Shown: positions 28,653 through 39,536, numbered from the stretch's first letter. The stretch is DNA of 64,000 bases from Thermodesulfobacteriota bacterium (GCA_036340075.1 JAYYZJ010000012.1:96001-160000); one strand, 5' to 3'. Notes: a model not told the origin generated them from the letters alone. Numbers and translations are program-made.

Positions 28653-29966
28653 ATGAGCGAATATTATTTTTTTTTGATTTTAATGTTTGGTCTAATATTA
28701 TTATCAGGTTTTTTTTCAATTACTGAAAGTTCTATATTTTCACTCCAACGATATCAGGTAGATTTGATAAAAAAGAAATCTTCTGTAGGTAAAATCTTGG
28801 AGGAATTTCTTAACAGCCCGGCACCTATTATTGCAACAATTTTGCTTGCGGATGAAATTCTTAATGTAACTATCACGAGTCTTATAACATCAAAATTAAA
28901 CCAATTATTTGTAAACAAAATATCAGAAGAATTAATATCTATTGTCACTATTTTTATAGCTTCAATAATAATCCTTATTTTTTGTGAAATAATACCAAAA
29001 ACTATAGGGGTTAAATTTTCTAGGAAGATCTCAACTATTGTTGCTCCTCCAATTTACTTTCTCAACAAACTACTTTTTCCATTAACATGGTTTTTTGATG
29101 GATTATCTAGGTTCTTAATAAAATTGGTAGCTTCAAATGAGAGTACGAATCTTCAAAAACAGAATCAATCAATAAAGAACATTCCTAGCCTTATTGATAT
29201 AGGAGAAGATGAAGGGCTAGTAAAGAAAAGTGAAAGTAGAATAATAGACAACATTTTAAAATTGGAGACTATTAACCTAGTAAAAATATTGATTCCCGAA
29301 CCGGATTTATTTTTACTTCCAAGTACTACAACAAGAGAAGAAGCCTTAAAAAAGATTAAAGATAAAGGGTTTTCCAGAATACCAATATATGAAGGAGATT
29401 CAGACAATATAATAGGAATACTTTATTCAAAAGATCTTCTTAACCATGATTCTTCGGAAATTTTTTCTATCCTTAGAGAACCTTATTTTGTCTTAGACAA
29501 GAAGAATGTATTTGAGTTACTAAGAGAATTACAAAGAATGAAACTACATATGGCTATAGTCATAGATGAATATGGACGGCTAGAAGGGATAGTTACACTT
29601 GAAGATATAATTGAGGAGATTTTTGGAGAAATAGAAGACGAAAAGGATATTGAAGAGAATAAGACAAGTTTTCTTAACAAAGTTTTGTACTTTGATGGCG
29701 GAACTAGAATTGCTGAATTCAACGATGCTTTCTTATACGGAGTCCTTAGATTTGGGGGCATTAGTAATATATCAAGTGAAATAACTAAATCATATATATC
29801 TGACGATTTAGGGGTTGAAACAATGGGGGGGTATGTCTTTACTCAACTTGGAAGATTGCCAAAAAAAGGAGAATTTATTTTAAAAGGAAACATTAAGCTT
29901 ACGGTTCAAGAAGTTAAAGAAAACCGAATTACACTCATTTCAGCGGAGAGATTTGCTAATGATTAA
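28653..29966 (+). CDS. CNNM/HlyC-CorC family membrane protein (DUF21 + CBS + CorC)
   Basis: SGFFSITE, EIIPKT, FSRIPIY and DEYGRLEGIVTLEDIIEEIFGEIEDE motifs. Confidence 0.9.
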   Translation: MSEYYFFLILMFGLILLSGFFSITESSIFSLQRYQVDLIKKKSSVGKILEEFLNSPAPIIATILLADEILNVTITSLITSKLNQLFVNKISEELISIVTIFIASIIILIFCEIIPKTIGVKFSRKISTIVAPPIYFLNKLLFPLTWFFDGLSRFLIKLVASNESTNLQKQNQSIKNIPSLIDIGEDEGLVKKSESRIIDNILKLETINLVKILIPEPDLFLLPSTTTREEALKKIKDKGFSRIPIYEGDSDNIIGILYSKDLLNHDSSEIFSILREPYFVLDKKNVFELLRELQRMKLHMAIVIDEYGRLEGIVTLEDIIEEIFGEIEDEKDIEENKTSFLNKVLYFDGGTRIAEFNDAFLYGVLRFGGISNISSEITKSYISDDLGVETMGGYVFTQLGRLPKKGEFILKGNIKLTVQEVKENRITLISAERFAND

Positions 29967-30936
29967 TTTAATTACTTTGCCAATAATTACTTTAGTCCTT
30001 TTATTCCTCCAAGCTATATTCGCAGGTTCTGAAATCTCACTTCTATCTTGCGATAAGGGAATAATAAGATCGAAAGCTGATCAAGGACTACCTTCAGCCC
30101 GATTAGTTATGAATTCTATAGATAAGATAGAAGAATATGTAGCAACGAGTCTGGTAGGAGAGAATCTATGTATTGTTATCAATACAGTCTTAGTTTCTTC
30201 TTTTATTGAAAAATCATACCCTCAATTCGATCCACATCTTTTGTCGGTTATTATCTTAACACCTTTAATAGTAATCTTTGGACAGGTTGTCCCTAAATCA
30301 ATTTTCCAGAATCAGAGCAATGTCCTTGTTTTGAAGACGATATATTTTTCATTAATTTTTAGTTATTTGTTTAAACCTTTATTGTTTATAGTTAAATTTC
30401 TTACAGATATGATTGTAAAAATAATTGGAACTAGGAGCAAGCTAATCACCAGAGAAGAATTAATACATGTGCTAGAAACAGGATCTAAGCAGGAGACTTC
30501 TTCTAAACAATTTAGAGACAAAATACTAAATAAAATCTTTTTGTTTGATAAAATTACTGTTGCCGAGATTATGATTCCTATGAAGAAAGTTAAATTTATA
30601 GAGCCATCTAAAAAAATAATAGATGCAAAAGAGATAATTAAAAGCACAGGATACTCAAGATTGCCAGTTTATGATTCAATTAATAATTCAATTAAAGGAG
30701 TATTGCATGCTTTTTATTTGTTGGACGAAAAAGAAAACAATCCTATATATGATTATATTGACAAGTGTTTTTTTGTAGATAAAGACTATCTAGTATCTAA
30801 ATTATTAGATGATTTGAAAGGAGCAAAGCTAAGCATGGCTATTGTTGGAGGGCCAGATAACCCTATGGGAATAGTAACAATAGAAGATATATTGGAGGAA
30901 GTGTTAGGAGAAATTGAGGATGAGCATGATTCATAG
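29953..30936 (+). CDS. Second CNNM/HlyC family protein (DUF21 + CBS, no CorC domain)
   Basis: FAGSEISL, FGQVVPK, YSRLPVY and GIVTIEDILEEVLGEIEDE motifs. Confidence 0.88.
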   Translation: MLMINLITLPIITLVLLFLQAIFAGSEISLLSCDKGIIRSKADQGLPSARLVMNSIDKIEEYVATSLVGENLCIVINTVLVSSFIEKSYPQFDPHLLSVIILTPLIVIFGQVVPKSIFQNQSNVLVLKTIYFSLIFSYLFKPLLFIVKFLTDMIVKIIGTRSKLITREELIHVLETGSKQETSSKQFRDKILNKIFLFDKITVAEIMIPMKKVKFIEPSKKIIDAKEIIKSTGYSRLPVYDSINNSIKGVLHAFYLLDEKENNPIYDYIDKCFFVDKDYLVSKLLDDLKGAKLSMAIVGGPDNPMGIVTIEDILEEVLGEIEDEHDS

Positions 30937-30942
30937 GTCTAA

Positions 30943-30971
30943 TTGAATATTAATATTTTTTCGTTTAACAT
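30943..30971 (+). promoter_or_regulatory. Putative sigma70 promoter (leaderless) of hisB-hisH
   Basis: TTGAAT, 17 bp spacer, TAACAT, then 6 nt to ATG 30978. Confidence 0.55.
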
Positions 30972-30977
30972 CAGAAT

Positions 30978-31565
30978 ATGAGCAGAAGTGCAAAAATAGA
31001 AAGAAAGACGAGTGAAGTAGACGTAGTAGTAAATCTTGATATAGACGGTACCGGCAAATATGATATTGATACCGGAGTACCTTTTTTTGACCATATGTTG
31101 GAACAGTTGTCTAAGCACGGATATTTTGATTTAAATATACGAGCAAAAGGTGATACAGAAATTGATTTTCACCATACAGTTGAAGATGTAGGGATTGCTA
31201 TAGGTCAAGCTTTTGATAAAGCACTTGGAGATAGAAAATCGATAACTCGATATGGATCTAGCACCGTACCTTTTGATGAGACACTCTCTAATTCCCATAT
31301 TGATTTAAGCGGAAGACCTTATTTTGTCTTTGATGTTAAGCTGGATAATTCAAAAGTAGGAGATTTTGATGTTGAATTAGCAAAAGAATTTTTTCAATCT
31401 CTAACGAATAACCTTAAAGCTAATATACATATCGAATTAAAATACGGAAGCAACAATCATCATATTATCGAATCAATCTTTAAATCGGTAGGCAAATCAC
31501 TTGATGTGGCAACCAGCTTAGATTTGAGATCAAATTCAGTACCTTCAACAAAAGGCAATCTTTAA
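30978..31565 (+). CDS. hisB: Imidazoleglycerol-phosphate dehydratase
   Basis: FFDHMLEQ, HHTVEDVG, NNHHIIES and PSTKG motifs. Confidence 0.97.
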   Translation: MSRSAKIERKTSEVDVVVNLDIDGTGKYDIDTGVPFFDHMLEQLSKHGYFDLNIRAKGDTEIDFHHTVEDVGIAIGQAFDKALGDRKSITRYGSSTVPFDETLSNSHIDLSGRPYFVFDVKLDNSKVGDFDVELAKEFFQSLTNNLKANIHIELKYGSNNHHIIESIFKSVGKSLDVATSLDLRSNSVPSTKGNL

Positions 31566-32176
31566 TGATAGCAATAATAGACTACGGATTTGGCAATCTG
31601 CAATCTGTAAAAAAGGCTTTATCCTTACTTAATTATGAATCGGTAATTACAAGTTCTCCCGAAGTAATTAATTCCGCAAACTCAATTATTTTTCCAGGCG
31701 TTGGAGCATTTGGAGACTGTATTGCAAACTTGCATGAGAAGAATTTGTTTGAAACGCTGAAAAATTGTATTAAGGGAGGAAAGCCCTTTTTGGGTATATG
31801 CTTAGGATTGCAAATTCTTTTTGAGGGAAGCGATGAGAGTCCTCAAGCTGAAGGGTTATCTATTTTTAAGGGGAATATAGATAGAATTAATTTTAATCAA
31901 AACAAATTAAAGGTTCCTCATATGGGCTGGAATCAAATTGAAATTACTAAGAATTCTAATATTTTTCAAGGAGTTGAAAATTTATCTTGGCTATATTTTG
32001 TTCACTCTTATAAATTAAATATAGGCATTGATATTGCTGATTCTGTTTCTAACTATGGAGACAAGTTTGTTTCCTCGATTAGTTTTGAAAATATATACGC
32101 AACTCAGTTTCATCCAGAGAAAAGTAGCACGGTAGGATTACAAATTTTAGATAATTTTTCTAAAATTAGCTCATAA
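31565..32176 (+). CDS. hisH: Imidazole glycerol phosphate synthase, glutaminase subunit
   Basis: DYGFGN, PGVGAF, GICLG, PHMGWN, YFVHSY and QFHPEKS motifs. Confidence 0.97.
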   Translation: MIAIIDYGFGNLQSVKKALSLLNYESVITSSPEVINSANSIIFPGVGAFGDCIANLHEKNLFETLKNCIKGGKPFLGICLGLQILFEGSDESPQAEGLSIFKGNIDRINFNQNKLKVPHMGWNQIEITKNSNIFQGVENLSWLYFVHSYKLNIGIDIADSVSNYGDKFVSSISFENIYATQFHPEKSSTVGLQILDNFSKISS

Positions 32177-32181
32177 AAAGA

Positions 32182-34134
32182 CTATTCAATAGACATATAA
32201 TAGTAATAACTTCTCAAAACTCTTTTTACGTATCCATGGGTTTCTTTAAATGGAATGCTCTCTACGAGCTCATCATCATCAAGTCCTTCGAATCGAACTA
32301 GCCATTTTTTTACATTTGCAGGACCACCATTGTATGCAGCGATAGCTAAAAATAGATTGCCATCAAAATCGTCTATTAGTTTAGAGAGATAATAAGTTCC
32401 CAGCTTAATGTTTATATTGGAGTTGTAAGTAGATTGAGTAGTCTTAATTTTTAATTCTTTTTTTATTTTCTCTGCAGTAGCTGGCATTAACTGCATTAAT
32501 CCCATTGCACCTACTCTTGAAGTAGCGCTAGGGTCAAATAAACTTTCTTCTCTAATTAGTCCTAAAATTAAATTCTTGTTAACTCCAAAGTTTTCAGAGT
32601 TAGTTTTAATTTTACGAGTGAACGCTTTTGGATATCTATATTGGGTTTTGGATGGATATGAATAAGATAACCTTACAAGCATATTAAATTCCTTGATTGA
32701 TTCTAAAGCATTAAAATAATCTGAAAAATTTGTACTATTTATTCTTTTCTTTATATAACTACTTACTTCTCTTCGGGATTTATTGTTAGCCTTTGAAAGA
32801 CGCAGTAATTTGATTTGATCTTTCAACTTATTGCTTATTCCTTTGGATAATAGATATTCTTCTTTACTTTTTGGTTTGATACCTAATTTAATTGAAGCTA
32901 GATATGGATAATACCCAACTTTGTAATTATCAAAAAGTTTAGTAAAAATATTTCTCGCTCTTTGAATATCGCCAATTTTTTCTAAAGATCTTGCTTTCCA
33001 ATAAAGACCTTTTGCTTGATAATAAATCTTGTCTGAGCGTTCCAATGTTGAAAAATAATTAATAGCTTGTTCATAATTTTCTAGCATGTATTCAGACCAT
33101 CCCATGCCCCAGAAAGCATCATTTAAATAGTCTTGCGATTTCGTCTTTATAAGCCATTCGTATACCCCTTTTGATTTTGTATGATTCTTATCTAAAGTGA
33201 ATAATCTTGCAGCCAAGTAGGCAGCATCTTTATTTTTACTGAAATTCGGATATTTCTTCAAAATTAATTGCAAATTATTAGCAATAATTGAGTTATCTTT
33301 TGACATCTTTAAATCATCTAGAGAGAGTTGATATAGCGCTTCAGCCTTTGCTTCTAAATCTTTTGAGTCCGAGCCAGTTGAACTAAAATCCCCCTTGGAT
33401 ATGGCAATCAGAAGGATTCTTCCCTCTTTTCTTTGTTTTTTTCTAAGTTTGATTATTGCCTGCTTAATTTTTATATCAGGAGAATTTATTTTTTTCGCTT
33501 CTAAAATAAATTGACTATACATTCTCTTTTTAAATAGAGAGTTTAATCTCGAAATCGAATCCTTTTGTTTTATTTCTTTTTTTAATTTTTTTGAAAGAGA
33601 AGATACTTTTTTACTTACTAGTTTTGATCTATACGAAGGATTCTTAATCCAAATCTCTTTGAATAATCTAAATGCTTTGTCCTCATCGCCAAGCTTCTCC
33701 GAGTTTCTCGCAAGGATATATTTAAATTTCATCTTATCGGTAGAATCTAACTTATACCTTTCACGTATTTTTTTCAGATGTGTACGTAGAATAGTATAGG
33801 ACTTTTTTGCATACATTCTTTCTGCTTCAATAAGCTGAACTTTTGGCATTAAAATCGAATCGTTGTGATTAAATTCAAATTTTCTAATCTCATTTTTAAT
33901 TTGTTTTAATTTTAATTCTCTATACGAAAGAAGTTTTATCTTTCTATATAGAAGAAAATCCTCAATATCTTTATATTTAGAAAGTTTATTCAAACTCTCA
34001 ATTGCCATTTTATAGTTCTTATTTTTTTCGTAACAATAAGAGTTGTAAAGATGATTCTTGCTGTTGCCACATGAAGTATCAGCAATTCCACTAGAAGTAA
34101 TTAACAAGAATATAATTAATAAATATTTCTTCAT
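32182..34134 (-). CDS. slt: Soluble lytic murein transglycosylase (Slt, TPR-like + SLT domain)
   Basis: Signal peptide; IREES, GAMGLMQLMP, AAYNGGP and IPFKETHGYVKRV motifs. Confidence 0.9.
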   Translation of the reverse strand: MKKYLLIIFLLITSSGIADTSCGNSKNHLYNSYCYEKNKNYKMAIESLNKLSKYKDIEDFLLYRKIKLLSYRELKLKQIKNEIRKFEFNHNDSILMPKVQLIEAERMYAKKSYTILRTHLKKIRERYKLDSTDKMKFKYILARNSEKLGDEDKAFRLFKEIWIKNPSYRSKLVSKKVSSLSKKLKKEIKQKDSISRLNSLFKKRMYSQFILEAKKINSPDIKIKQAIIKLRKKQRKEGRILLIAISKGDFSSTGSDSKDLEAKAEALYQLSLDDLKMSKDNSIIANNLQLILKKYPNFSKNKDAAYLAARLFTLDKNHTKSKGVYEWLIKTKSQDYLNDAFWGMGWSEYMLENYEQAINYFSTLERSDKIYYQAKGLYWKARSLEKIGDIQRARNIFTKLFDNYKVGYYPYLASIKLGIKPKSKEEYLLSKGISNKLKDQIKLLRLSKANNKSRREVSSYIKKRINSTNFSDYFNALESIKEFNMLVRLSYSYPSKTQYRYPKAFTRKIKTNSENFGVNKNLILGLIREESLFDPSATSRVGAMGLMQLMPATAEKIKKELKIKTTQSTYNSNINIKLGTYYLSKLIDDFDGNLFLAIAAYNGGPANVKKWLVRFEGLDDDELVESIPFKETHGYVKRVLRSYYYYMSIE

Positions 34135-34932
34135 CTAACTTATACTTTTTAATTTATCCCCTATTCTAAGAAATGTGATTGTAGAAATAAATATTGCTAA
34201 GCAAGGAAAAATTATTAAATGAGGATAGCTTCTTATTCCCTCCCATGCGTTGTTTGCCATTAAGCCCCAGCTTACATTTGGTGGTGATATCCCTAGACCT
34301 AAAAAGCTGAGTGTCGATTCAGCTAAAATTACCGAAGGTATTGTAAATGTAAATGTAACAACTAGAGGTGCAACAATGTTTGGTAGCATGTCTTTCATTA
34401 TAATACGCATATCACTAAATCCCATAACTTTTGAACTTAATATGAATGGCCGATTCTTGAGTTCCAATACTGTTGCTCTGGATATTCGCGCTACCCTCAT
34501 CCAGCTTAATAGAGATAAAGCTATTGTGATTCCCAATATTCCTTTGCCAAAAATCAGAACAAAAATTGATATTAGAAGTAAATCTGGAATAGAATAAAAA
34601 ACATCGACAATTTTCATTAAGGCTTCATCCAGTATTCCACCCTTAATTCCCGATATCGAACCATACAAAGTTCCAAAAACTAGTGCTATAAGAGATGTAA
34701 ATACAGCAATAGATATCGATATCCTCGTTCCAAAGATTACTCTGCTTAAAATATCTCTTCCTAGTTCGTCGGTGCCAAATAGATGCTGAGACGATGGAGT
34801 TTGTAAAATATTATCAAAATCTGATTTTGTAGGAGAATAAGGAGCAAAGTATTCGGGAATCAATGAAAACAGGAAAAGAACAAATAGTATTAATACAAAA
34901 AATAAATTACTTATTGTATTCAGCTTCAACAA
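34135..34932 (-). CDS. oppC: Oligopeptide/dipeptide ABC permease (OppC/DppC)
   Basis: HLFGTDELGRD, ESTLSFLGLG and SWG motifs. Confidence 0.9.
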   Translation of the reverse strand: MLKLNTISNLFFVLILFVLFLFSLIPEYFAPYSPTKSDFDNILQTPSSQHLFGTDELGRDILSRVIFGTRISISIAVFTSLIALVFGTLYGSISGIKGGILDEALMKIVDVFYSIPDLLLISIFVLIFGKGILGITIALSLLSWMRVARISRATVLELKNRPFILSSKVMGFSDMRIIMKDMLPNIVAPLVVTFTFTIPSVILAESTLSFLGLGISPPNVSWGLMANNAWEGIRSYPHLIIFPCLAIFISTITFLRIGDKLKSIS

Positions 34933-35245
34933 CTGTTTTTATTCCTCCTCTTACATTAAAATCCGCAGTGATATAGGCGTGTTTTGGTTTGCAAGCCTCA
35001 ACAAAATCGTCCAATATTTTATTTGCAACATGTTCATGAAATTCACCTAGATTTCTATAAGAAAACATATACAACTTAAACGACTTTAGTTCTATACAAA
35101 GTTTGTTAGGTATATATGTAATCTTGATTGTTCCAAAATCTGGTTGACCAGTTTTAGGACATAATGAAGTAAATTCAGGACAAGTTATATTAATTGTATA
35201 GTCTCGACCCTTTACTTTATTAGGGAAAGTCTCTAGTTTACTCAT
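34907..35245 (-). CDS. queF: NADPH-dependent preQ0 reductase (type I)
   Basis: PEFTSLCPKTGQPDF, ELKSFKLY, FHE and RGGI motifs. Confidence 0.96.
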   Translation of the reverse strand: MSKLETFPNKVKGRDYTINITCPEFTSLCPKTGQPDFGTIKITYIPNKLCIELKSFKLYMFSYRNLGEFHEHVANKILDDFVEACKPKHAYITADFNVRGGIKTVVEAEYNK

Positions 35246-35294
35246 TAAGTAATTTTAAACAAGTAATTATTAAGCTCAAGCATAATAAAATTAA

Positions 35295-36677
35295 TTAAAT
35301 CTTTGATAATAGCTTTTTAGATTGGCTAATCATTTTTCTTACATTAGACTTTGAGGTTCCACCGTATGATTTCTTTGATTCCACTGAAGAATTAATTGAA
35401 ATAAATTTATATATATCTTGTTCAATCAATTTAGAAAATTTTTTAAAATCCTGAAGACTTACCTCTGTGAGTTTTAAATTTCTTTTTTCACAATAGGAGA
35501 CTATTTTCCCGGTAATTCTATGTGCTTCTCTGAAAGGAATATCTTTTTTAGTTAAATAGTCTGCCAAATCTGTGGCTGTAAGATAGCCTAAATCTAGGCT
35601 TCTAACTATTGATTCAGGATTGAATTTAATCGAAGTCAAAATTTCACTAAACATTTCAACGCATTCATTTGTTGTTTTTAGAGATACAAAAAGAGGAGAT
35701 TTGTCTTCTTGAAGGTCTCTATTGTATGTCAAAGGAAGGCCTTTTAGGTTGGTTAATAAGTTCATTAGATTTCCATACGTCAAGCCAGTCCTTCCTCTTA
35801 TTAGCTCAAGAATATCAGGATTCTTCTTTTGAGGCATAATGCTCGAGCCAGTTGTATATTGATCGTCAATATCTATAAATCCAAATTCTGAGCTATGCCA
35901 GATAACTAAATCTTCAGAGAATCTGGAAAGATGCATCATTGTCATTGCACAACAATATATTGCGTCTACTATAAAATCTCTATCGCTTACTGAATCAAGA
36001 CTGTTCCTTGTTGGCGCTCTAAACCCCAGCTTTTTTGTTGTATAGAGCCTGTCTATTTTAAAAGATGTTCCAGCACCTGCACAGGAACCCAAAGGGTTCT
36101 CGTCTATTCTATAAAGTGCATTGTTGATTCTATCCAAATCTCTTTTAAACATTTCAAAGAAAGCCAATAAATAATGTGACAACAAAATAGGTTGGGCACT
36201 TTGAAGATGAGTGTAGAAAGGAAAAATTAAATCTATATTAATTTCAGACTTTTTTAAAATTTTCTTTTCTAAAGATATAATGTTTTTTTTAAGTAAACTT
36301 AAATTGTCTTTAGTAAATAATTTTACATCTGTAACAACCTGATCATTTCTGCTTCTCGCTGTGTGGACTTTTTTTCCAACATTTCCTATTTTTTTTGTAA
36401 TAGCGTCTTCTATGTTCATATGAACATCTTCAAGCTCAACTTTAAAATTAAAGTTATTTTTATCAATCTGTCTTTTTACTTGATTTAATGCTTTAATGAT
36501 TTTTGTTTTATCTTTTGAGGAAATTATCTTGTTTTTTGATAGCATCTCTACATGAGCAATAGAGCCTTTGATGTCATAAGCGTACAAATCTTTATCTACT
36601 TCCAACGAGGATGTAAAAATTTCAACTTTTTCATTATTCCCTTTCTTAAATCTTCCGCCCCAAATTTTTTTACTCAT
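35295..36677 (-). CDS. argH: Argininosuccinate lyase
   Basis: WGGRF, HTARSRNDQV, GSSIMPQKKNPD and YNRDLQEDK motifs. Confidence 0.97.
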   Translation of the reverse strand: MSKKIWGGRFKKGNNEKVEIFTSSLEVDKDLYAYDIKGSIAHVEMLSKNKIISSKDKTKIIKALNQVKRQIDKNNFNFKVELEDVHMNIEDAITKKIGNVGKKVHTARSRNDQVVTDVKLFTKDNLSLLKKNIISLEKKILKKSEINIDLIFPFYTHLQSAQPILLSHYLLAFFEMFKRDLDRINNALYRIDENPLGSCAGAGTSFKIDRLYTTKKLGFRAPTRNSLDSVSDRDFIVDAIYCCAMTMMHLSRFSEDLVIWHSSEFGFIDIDDQYTTGSSIMPQKKNPDILELIRGRTGLTYGNLMNLLTNLKGLPLTYNRDLQEDKSPLFVSLKTTNECVEMFSEILTSIKFNPESIVRSLDLGYLTATDLADYLTKKDIPFREAHRITGKIVSYCEKRNLKLTEVSLQDFKKFSKLIEQDIYKFISINSSVESKKSYGGTSKSNVRKMISQSKKLLSKI

Positions 36678-36730
36678 TTGAAGAATATAAAATATATATA
36701 CTTCTAAAACAAATACCTATGGGAAAATTA

Positions 36731-37804
36731 TTAGTCTTTTGTTAAATGAATAGTTTTTGTAGGATAGGCGAAATCAAGACCTTCTTTCTTAAAAACCTCA
36801 AAGATTTTTAGCCTTATATTGTGATTAACTTCAATGTATTGAGGATAGTCAGGACTTAATACATCATAAACAAGTTCATAATTTAAGGAGAAATCAGCAA
36901 ATTCAACAAAACTAGCTCTTACATAATTAGCATTGTCGGCTTCATCTACTATCTTTTCCAAGATATCTCGAACTTGGCTTAACTGTTCATAGCTAGTTTC
37001 ATATACTAGGCCCAACATTATAGTTGTCCTTCTTTTTTGCATCCTTTGTTTTTCGAAATTACGAAGTCTACTATTTAATAAATCAGAATTTGATATGATA
37101 ATCTCTTCACCAGTTAGACTTTCAATTTTAGTGCTTTTAATACCAATAGATTTTACAGTTCCCATATAGTTATCAACAACAATATAGTCTCCTATGGCAA
37201 TTGGTTTATCGATCATTATTGTTAGAGATGCAAACAAATCTCCTAGGATACTTTGCGCTGCTAAGGCAATTGCGAGGCCTCCTATTCCTAGCCCTGCTAC
37301 TAAGGCAGTAATATCAACACCTAGGTTGTCTAAAGCTAGCATTAAGAAAATTAGCCATATAGCAAACTTAGTAATAGCAGACACTCCATTAATTGCTGTT
37401 ACACCATGCATGTCTTGTTTATCTGTCTTTATATTTTTGTATTTGGAAAAAAGTTTATTAGCTAGAATAATCGCCCATTTGGTTAATTGCCAAAAGACGA
37501 CCAATAAAAAAACCGTATCTATTGTTTCTGATATATATTTACCAAGGAAGATTATCTTAGATGTAATAAAAATAGAGAAAATAAGGATAAAAATCGGCGA
37601 TATAGATGAAAAAATTTCATATATATAGTCATCGATATTATTAGTTGTTTTTTGAGATAATTTGAAGAGCCTTTTTTCTACAAAATGCTTTATAAATCTC
37701 ATGAATAAAAATAGGGCTACACTTAATACAAGTGTTGCTACCCATATTTCGATTAGATTATCAAGCAGGATTAAATCAGATAAATCTTTATTCCAGAATC
37801 TCAT
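36731..37804 (-). CDS. Small-conductance mechanosensitive channel (MscS family)
   Basis: ALVAGLGIGGLAIALAAQ, DKPIAIGD, GTVKSIGIKST and GLDFAYPT motifs. Confidence 0.92.
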   Translation of the reverse strand: MRFWNKDLSDLILLDNLIEIWVATLVLSVALFLFMRFIKHFVEKRLFKLSQKTTNNIDDYIYEIFSSISPIFILIFSIFITSKIIFLGKYISETIDTVFLLVVFWQLTKWAIILANKLFSKYKNIKTDKQDMHGVTAINGVSAITKFAIWLIFLMLALDNLGVDITALVAGLGIGGLAIALAAQSILGDLFASLTIMIDKPIAIGDYIVVDNYMGTVKSIGIKSTKIESLTGEEIIISNSDLLNSRLRNFEKQRMQKRRTTIMLGLVYETSYEQLSQVRDILEKIVDEADNANYVRASFVEFADFSLNYELVYDVLSPDYPQYIEVNHNIRLKIFEVFKKEGLDFAYPTKTIHLTKD

Positions 37805-37863
37805 ACAATTTATATTATATCAAAATGAATATATTTAAAATAATTGGTTAGTCTTGTATTAAT

Positions 37864-39309
37864 ATGGAAACATATCGTAATCATATTAAGATAAAGTCAA
37901 AAAATTTACGTGTTCTAGTAACAGGAGCCACAGGTTATATTGGTGGGAGGTTGATACCAAGACTCTTGGAGAAGGATATTAGAGTTAGAGTGCTTGTAAG
38001 AGATCCTGACAAAATTAAAAATAAAGCTTGGTATAAAAATGTTGAAGTATTTAAAGGAGATTTGACAAATCTTGAATCAATAAAAAATTTATCTGAAGGA
38101 ATAGACCAAGCATTTTATTTGATACATTCTATGGCACATTCAGAAGACTATATAAGATTAGATAGGTTAGCAGCACTAAACTTTATTTCTGTTTCAAAAA
38201 ATATTCAACATGTAATTTACTTGGGAGGAATATCCCCAAAAGATGGTAAAAATATCTCTAATCATTTAAAAAGCCGTATTGAAGTAGGAAATCTACTTAG
38301 TTCAGCACTTCCTACTACAGAATTTCGTGCTGGACCAATAATAGGGTCAGGCTCAGCTTCTTTTGAAATGCTCAGGCATTTATGTGAGAAATTGCCAATT
38401 ATGATTGCACCTAAGTGGATTCACAATTACGTAAGACCAGTAAGTATAAGAGATGTATTAAAATATCTGGTTTTGGCAATTGATAAACTACCGCTTAAGA
38501 AAATTGATATTGGAACGGAACCAATGACTTTTAAAGATATGATGCTTCAATATTGCAAATACAGAAATCTAAAAAGAATTATAATAACAGTGCCTATACT
38601 GGCCCCTGGCTTAGCGGCTAGGTGGGTAGGGCTAGTCACGCCAATTACAAATTTACTTGCAGTTCCTATAGTGAAAGGAATTGTAAATAATCTTTTAGGA
38701 GACACTTCCTTGTCTCGCTCAATGTTCCCCGAGGTCAGTGTGCTTAATTATAAAGACTCTATGAAGTCTGCATTTAATAAAACTAAAAGCGAATATGTGG
38801 AAACTTCTTGGAATCAACACGATATAAAACCTGGTTACAGTTTCTTTGAACACAAAGGAAGATTCGAAGAGGTTAGGATTAACGAAGTAAAATCTACACC
38901 TGATAATCTTTTCAAAGTATTTAAGTCGCTAGGCGGTAGTAATGGATGGTTGGCATTTAATCCATTGTGGACTATTAGAAAAATTATTGACCGTATACTC
39001 GGAGGAAAGATGCTCGAAGAACCAAAAAGAGAGAATATTGAAGAAGGTGATTTGTTTGATTGTTTTCAGATAGAAAAATACGAAGAAGGGCGGAAAATGC
39101 TCATGAAAATAATCTTGAAAACTCCTGGGAATGCATGGTTAAAACTAGAAGCGGTGCCACAAAACGATAAGACTTTTTTGGTGCTCTCCGCGATTTTCGA
39201 ACCAAAAGGATTTTGGGGTTATGTATACTGGTATTCGATCTTCCCGCTGCATAAATTAATCTTTGATGAGTTGATAAGAAAGTTGGTTTTAAAAGCAGAA
39301 CATACCTAA
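37864..39309 (+). CDS. Atypical SDR oxidoreductase with C-terminal DUF2867 (YbjT-like)
   Basis: VTGATGYIGG, YLIHSM, GSGSASFE and FEPKGFWGYVYWY motifs. Confidence 0.85.
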   Translation: METYRNHIKIKSKNLRVLVTGATGYIGGRLIPRLLEKDIRVRVLVRDPDKIKNKAWYKNVEVFKGDLTNLESIKNLSEGIDQAFYLIHSMAHSEDYIRLDRLAALNFISVSKNIQHVIYLGGISPKDGKNISNHLKSRIEVGNLLSSALPTTEFRAGPIIGSGSASFEMLRHLCEKLPIMIAPKWIHNYVRPVSIRDVLKYLVLAIDKLPLKKIDIGTEPMTFKDMMLQYCKYRNLKRIIITVPILAPGLAARWVGLVTPITNLLAVPIVKGIVNNLLGDTSLSRSMFPEVSVLNYKDSMKSAFNKTKSEYVETSWNQHDIKPGYSFFEHKGRFEEVRINEVKSTPDNLFKVFKSLGGSNGWLAFNPLWTIRKIIDRILGGKMLEEPKRENIEEGDLFDCFQIEKYEEGRKMLMKIILKTPGNAWLKLEAVPQNDKTFLVLSAIFEPKGFWGYVYWYSIFPLHKLIFDELIRKLVLKAEHT

Positions 39310-39349
39310 ATATTCTAAATCATTGATTTTTATTTTTTTAAAATTTTCC

Positions 39350-39378
39350 TTGACTACTACTATATATAGTGGTTTAAT
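39350..39378 (+). promoter_or_regulatory. nrdAB promoter
   Basis: TTGACT (39350-39355), 17 bp spacer, TG-g-TTTAAT (39373-39378); overlapped by NrdR box 1. Confidence 0.65.
39357..39372. promoter_or_regulatory. NrdR box 1
   Basis: CTACTATATATAGTGG matches acaCwAtATaTwGtg; lies upstream of nrdA. Confidence 0.85.
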
Positions 39379-39388
39379 GAGAAAGTAA

Positions 39389-39404
39389 TCACAATATATT
39401 GATA
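39389..39404. promoter_or_regulatory. NrdR box 2
   Basis: TCACAATATATTGATA, 32 bp from box 1, the typical tandem NrdR spacing. Confidence 0.85.
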
Positions 39405-39445
39405 ATTTAGTCTTTTAAAGCAGTTATTTTTGGTGATTATACCTT

Positions 39446-39528
39446 GGGGCGAAGAAGAGTTGAAAATACCCCCTTTTGCACCCCGTTAGCTCTTCTTTGC
39501 CTCTAAAGTGTTAATTCAGATTTGGAGG
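39446..39528 (+). ncRNA. Candidate structured cis-regulatory RNA in the nrdA 5' leader
   Basis: 18-bp stem 39446-39463/39486-39503 in which all 4 non-Watson-Crick pairs are G-U; 22-nt C-rich loop; alternative 8-bp helix 39500-39507/39521-39528 covers the SD. Confidence 0.55.
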
Positions 39529-39536
39529 AATACACT

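Noticed and set aside
28653..30936. Tandem CNNM/HlyC genes as a recent duplication or haemolysin locus
   Set aside because: The paralogues are highly diverged, and tandem pairs of these Mg2+/Co2+ transport-type proteins are common.
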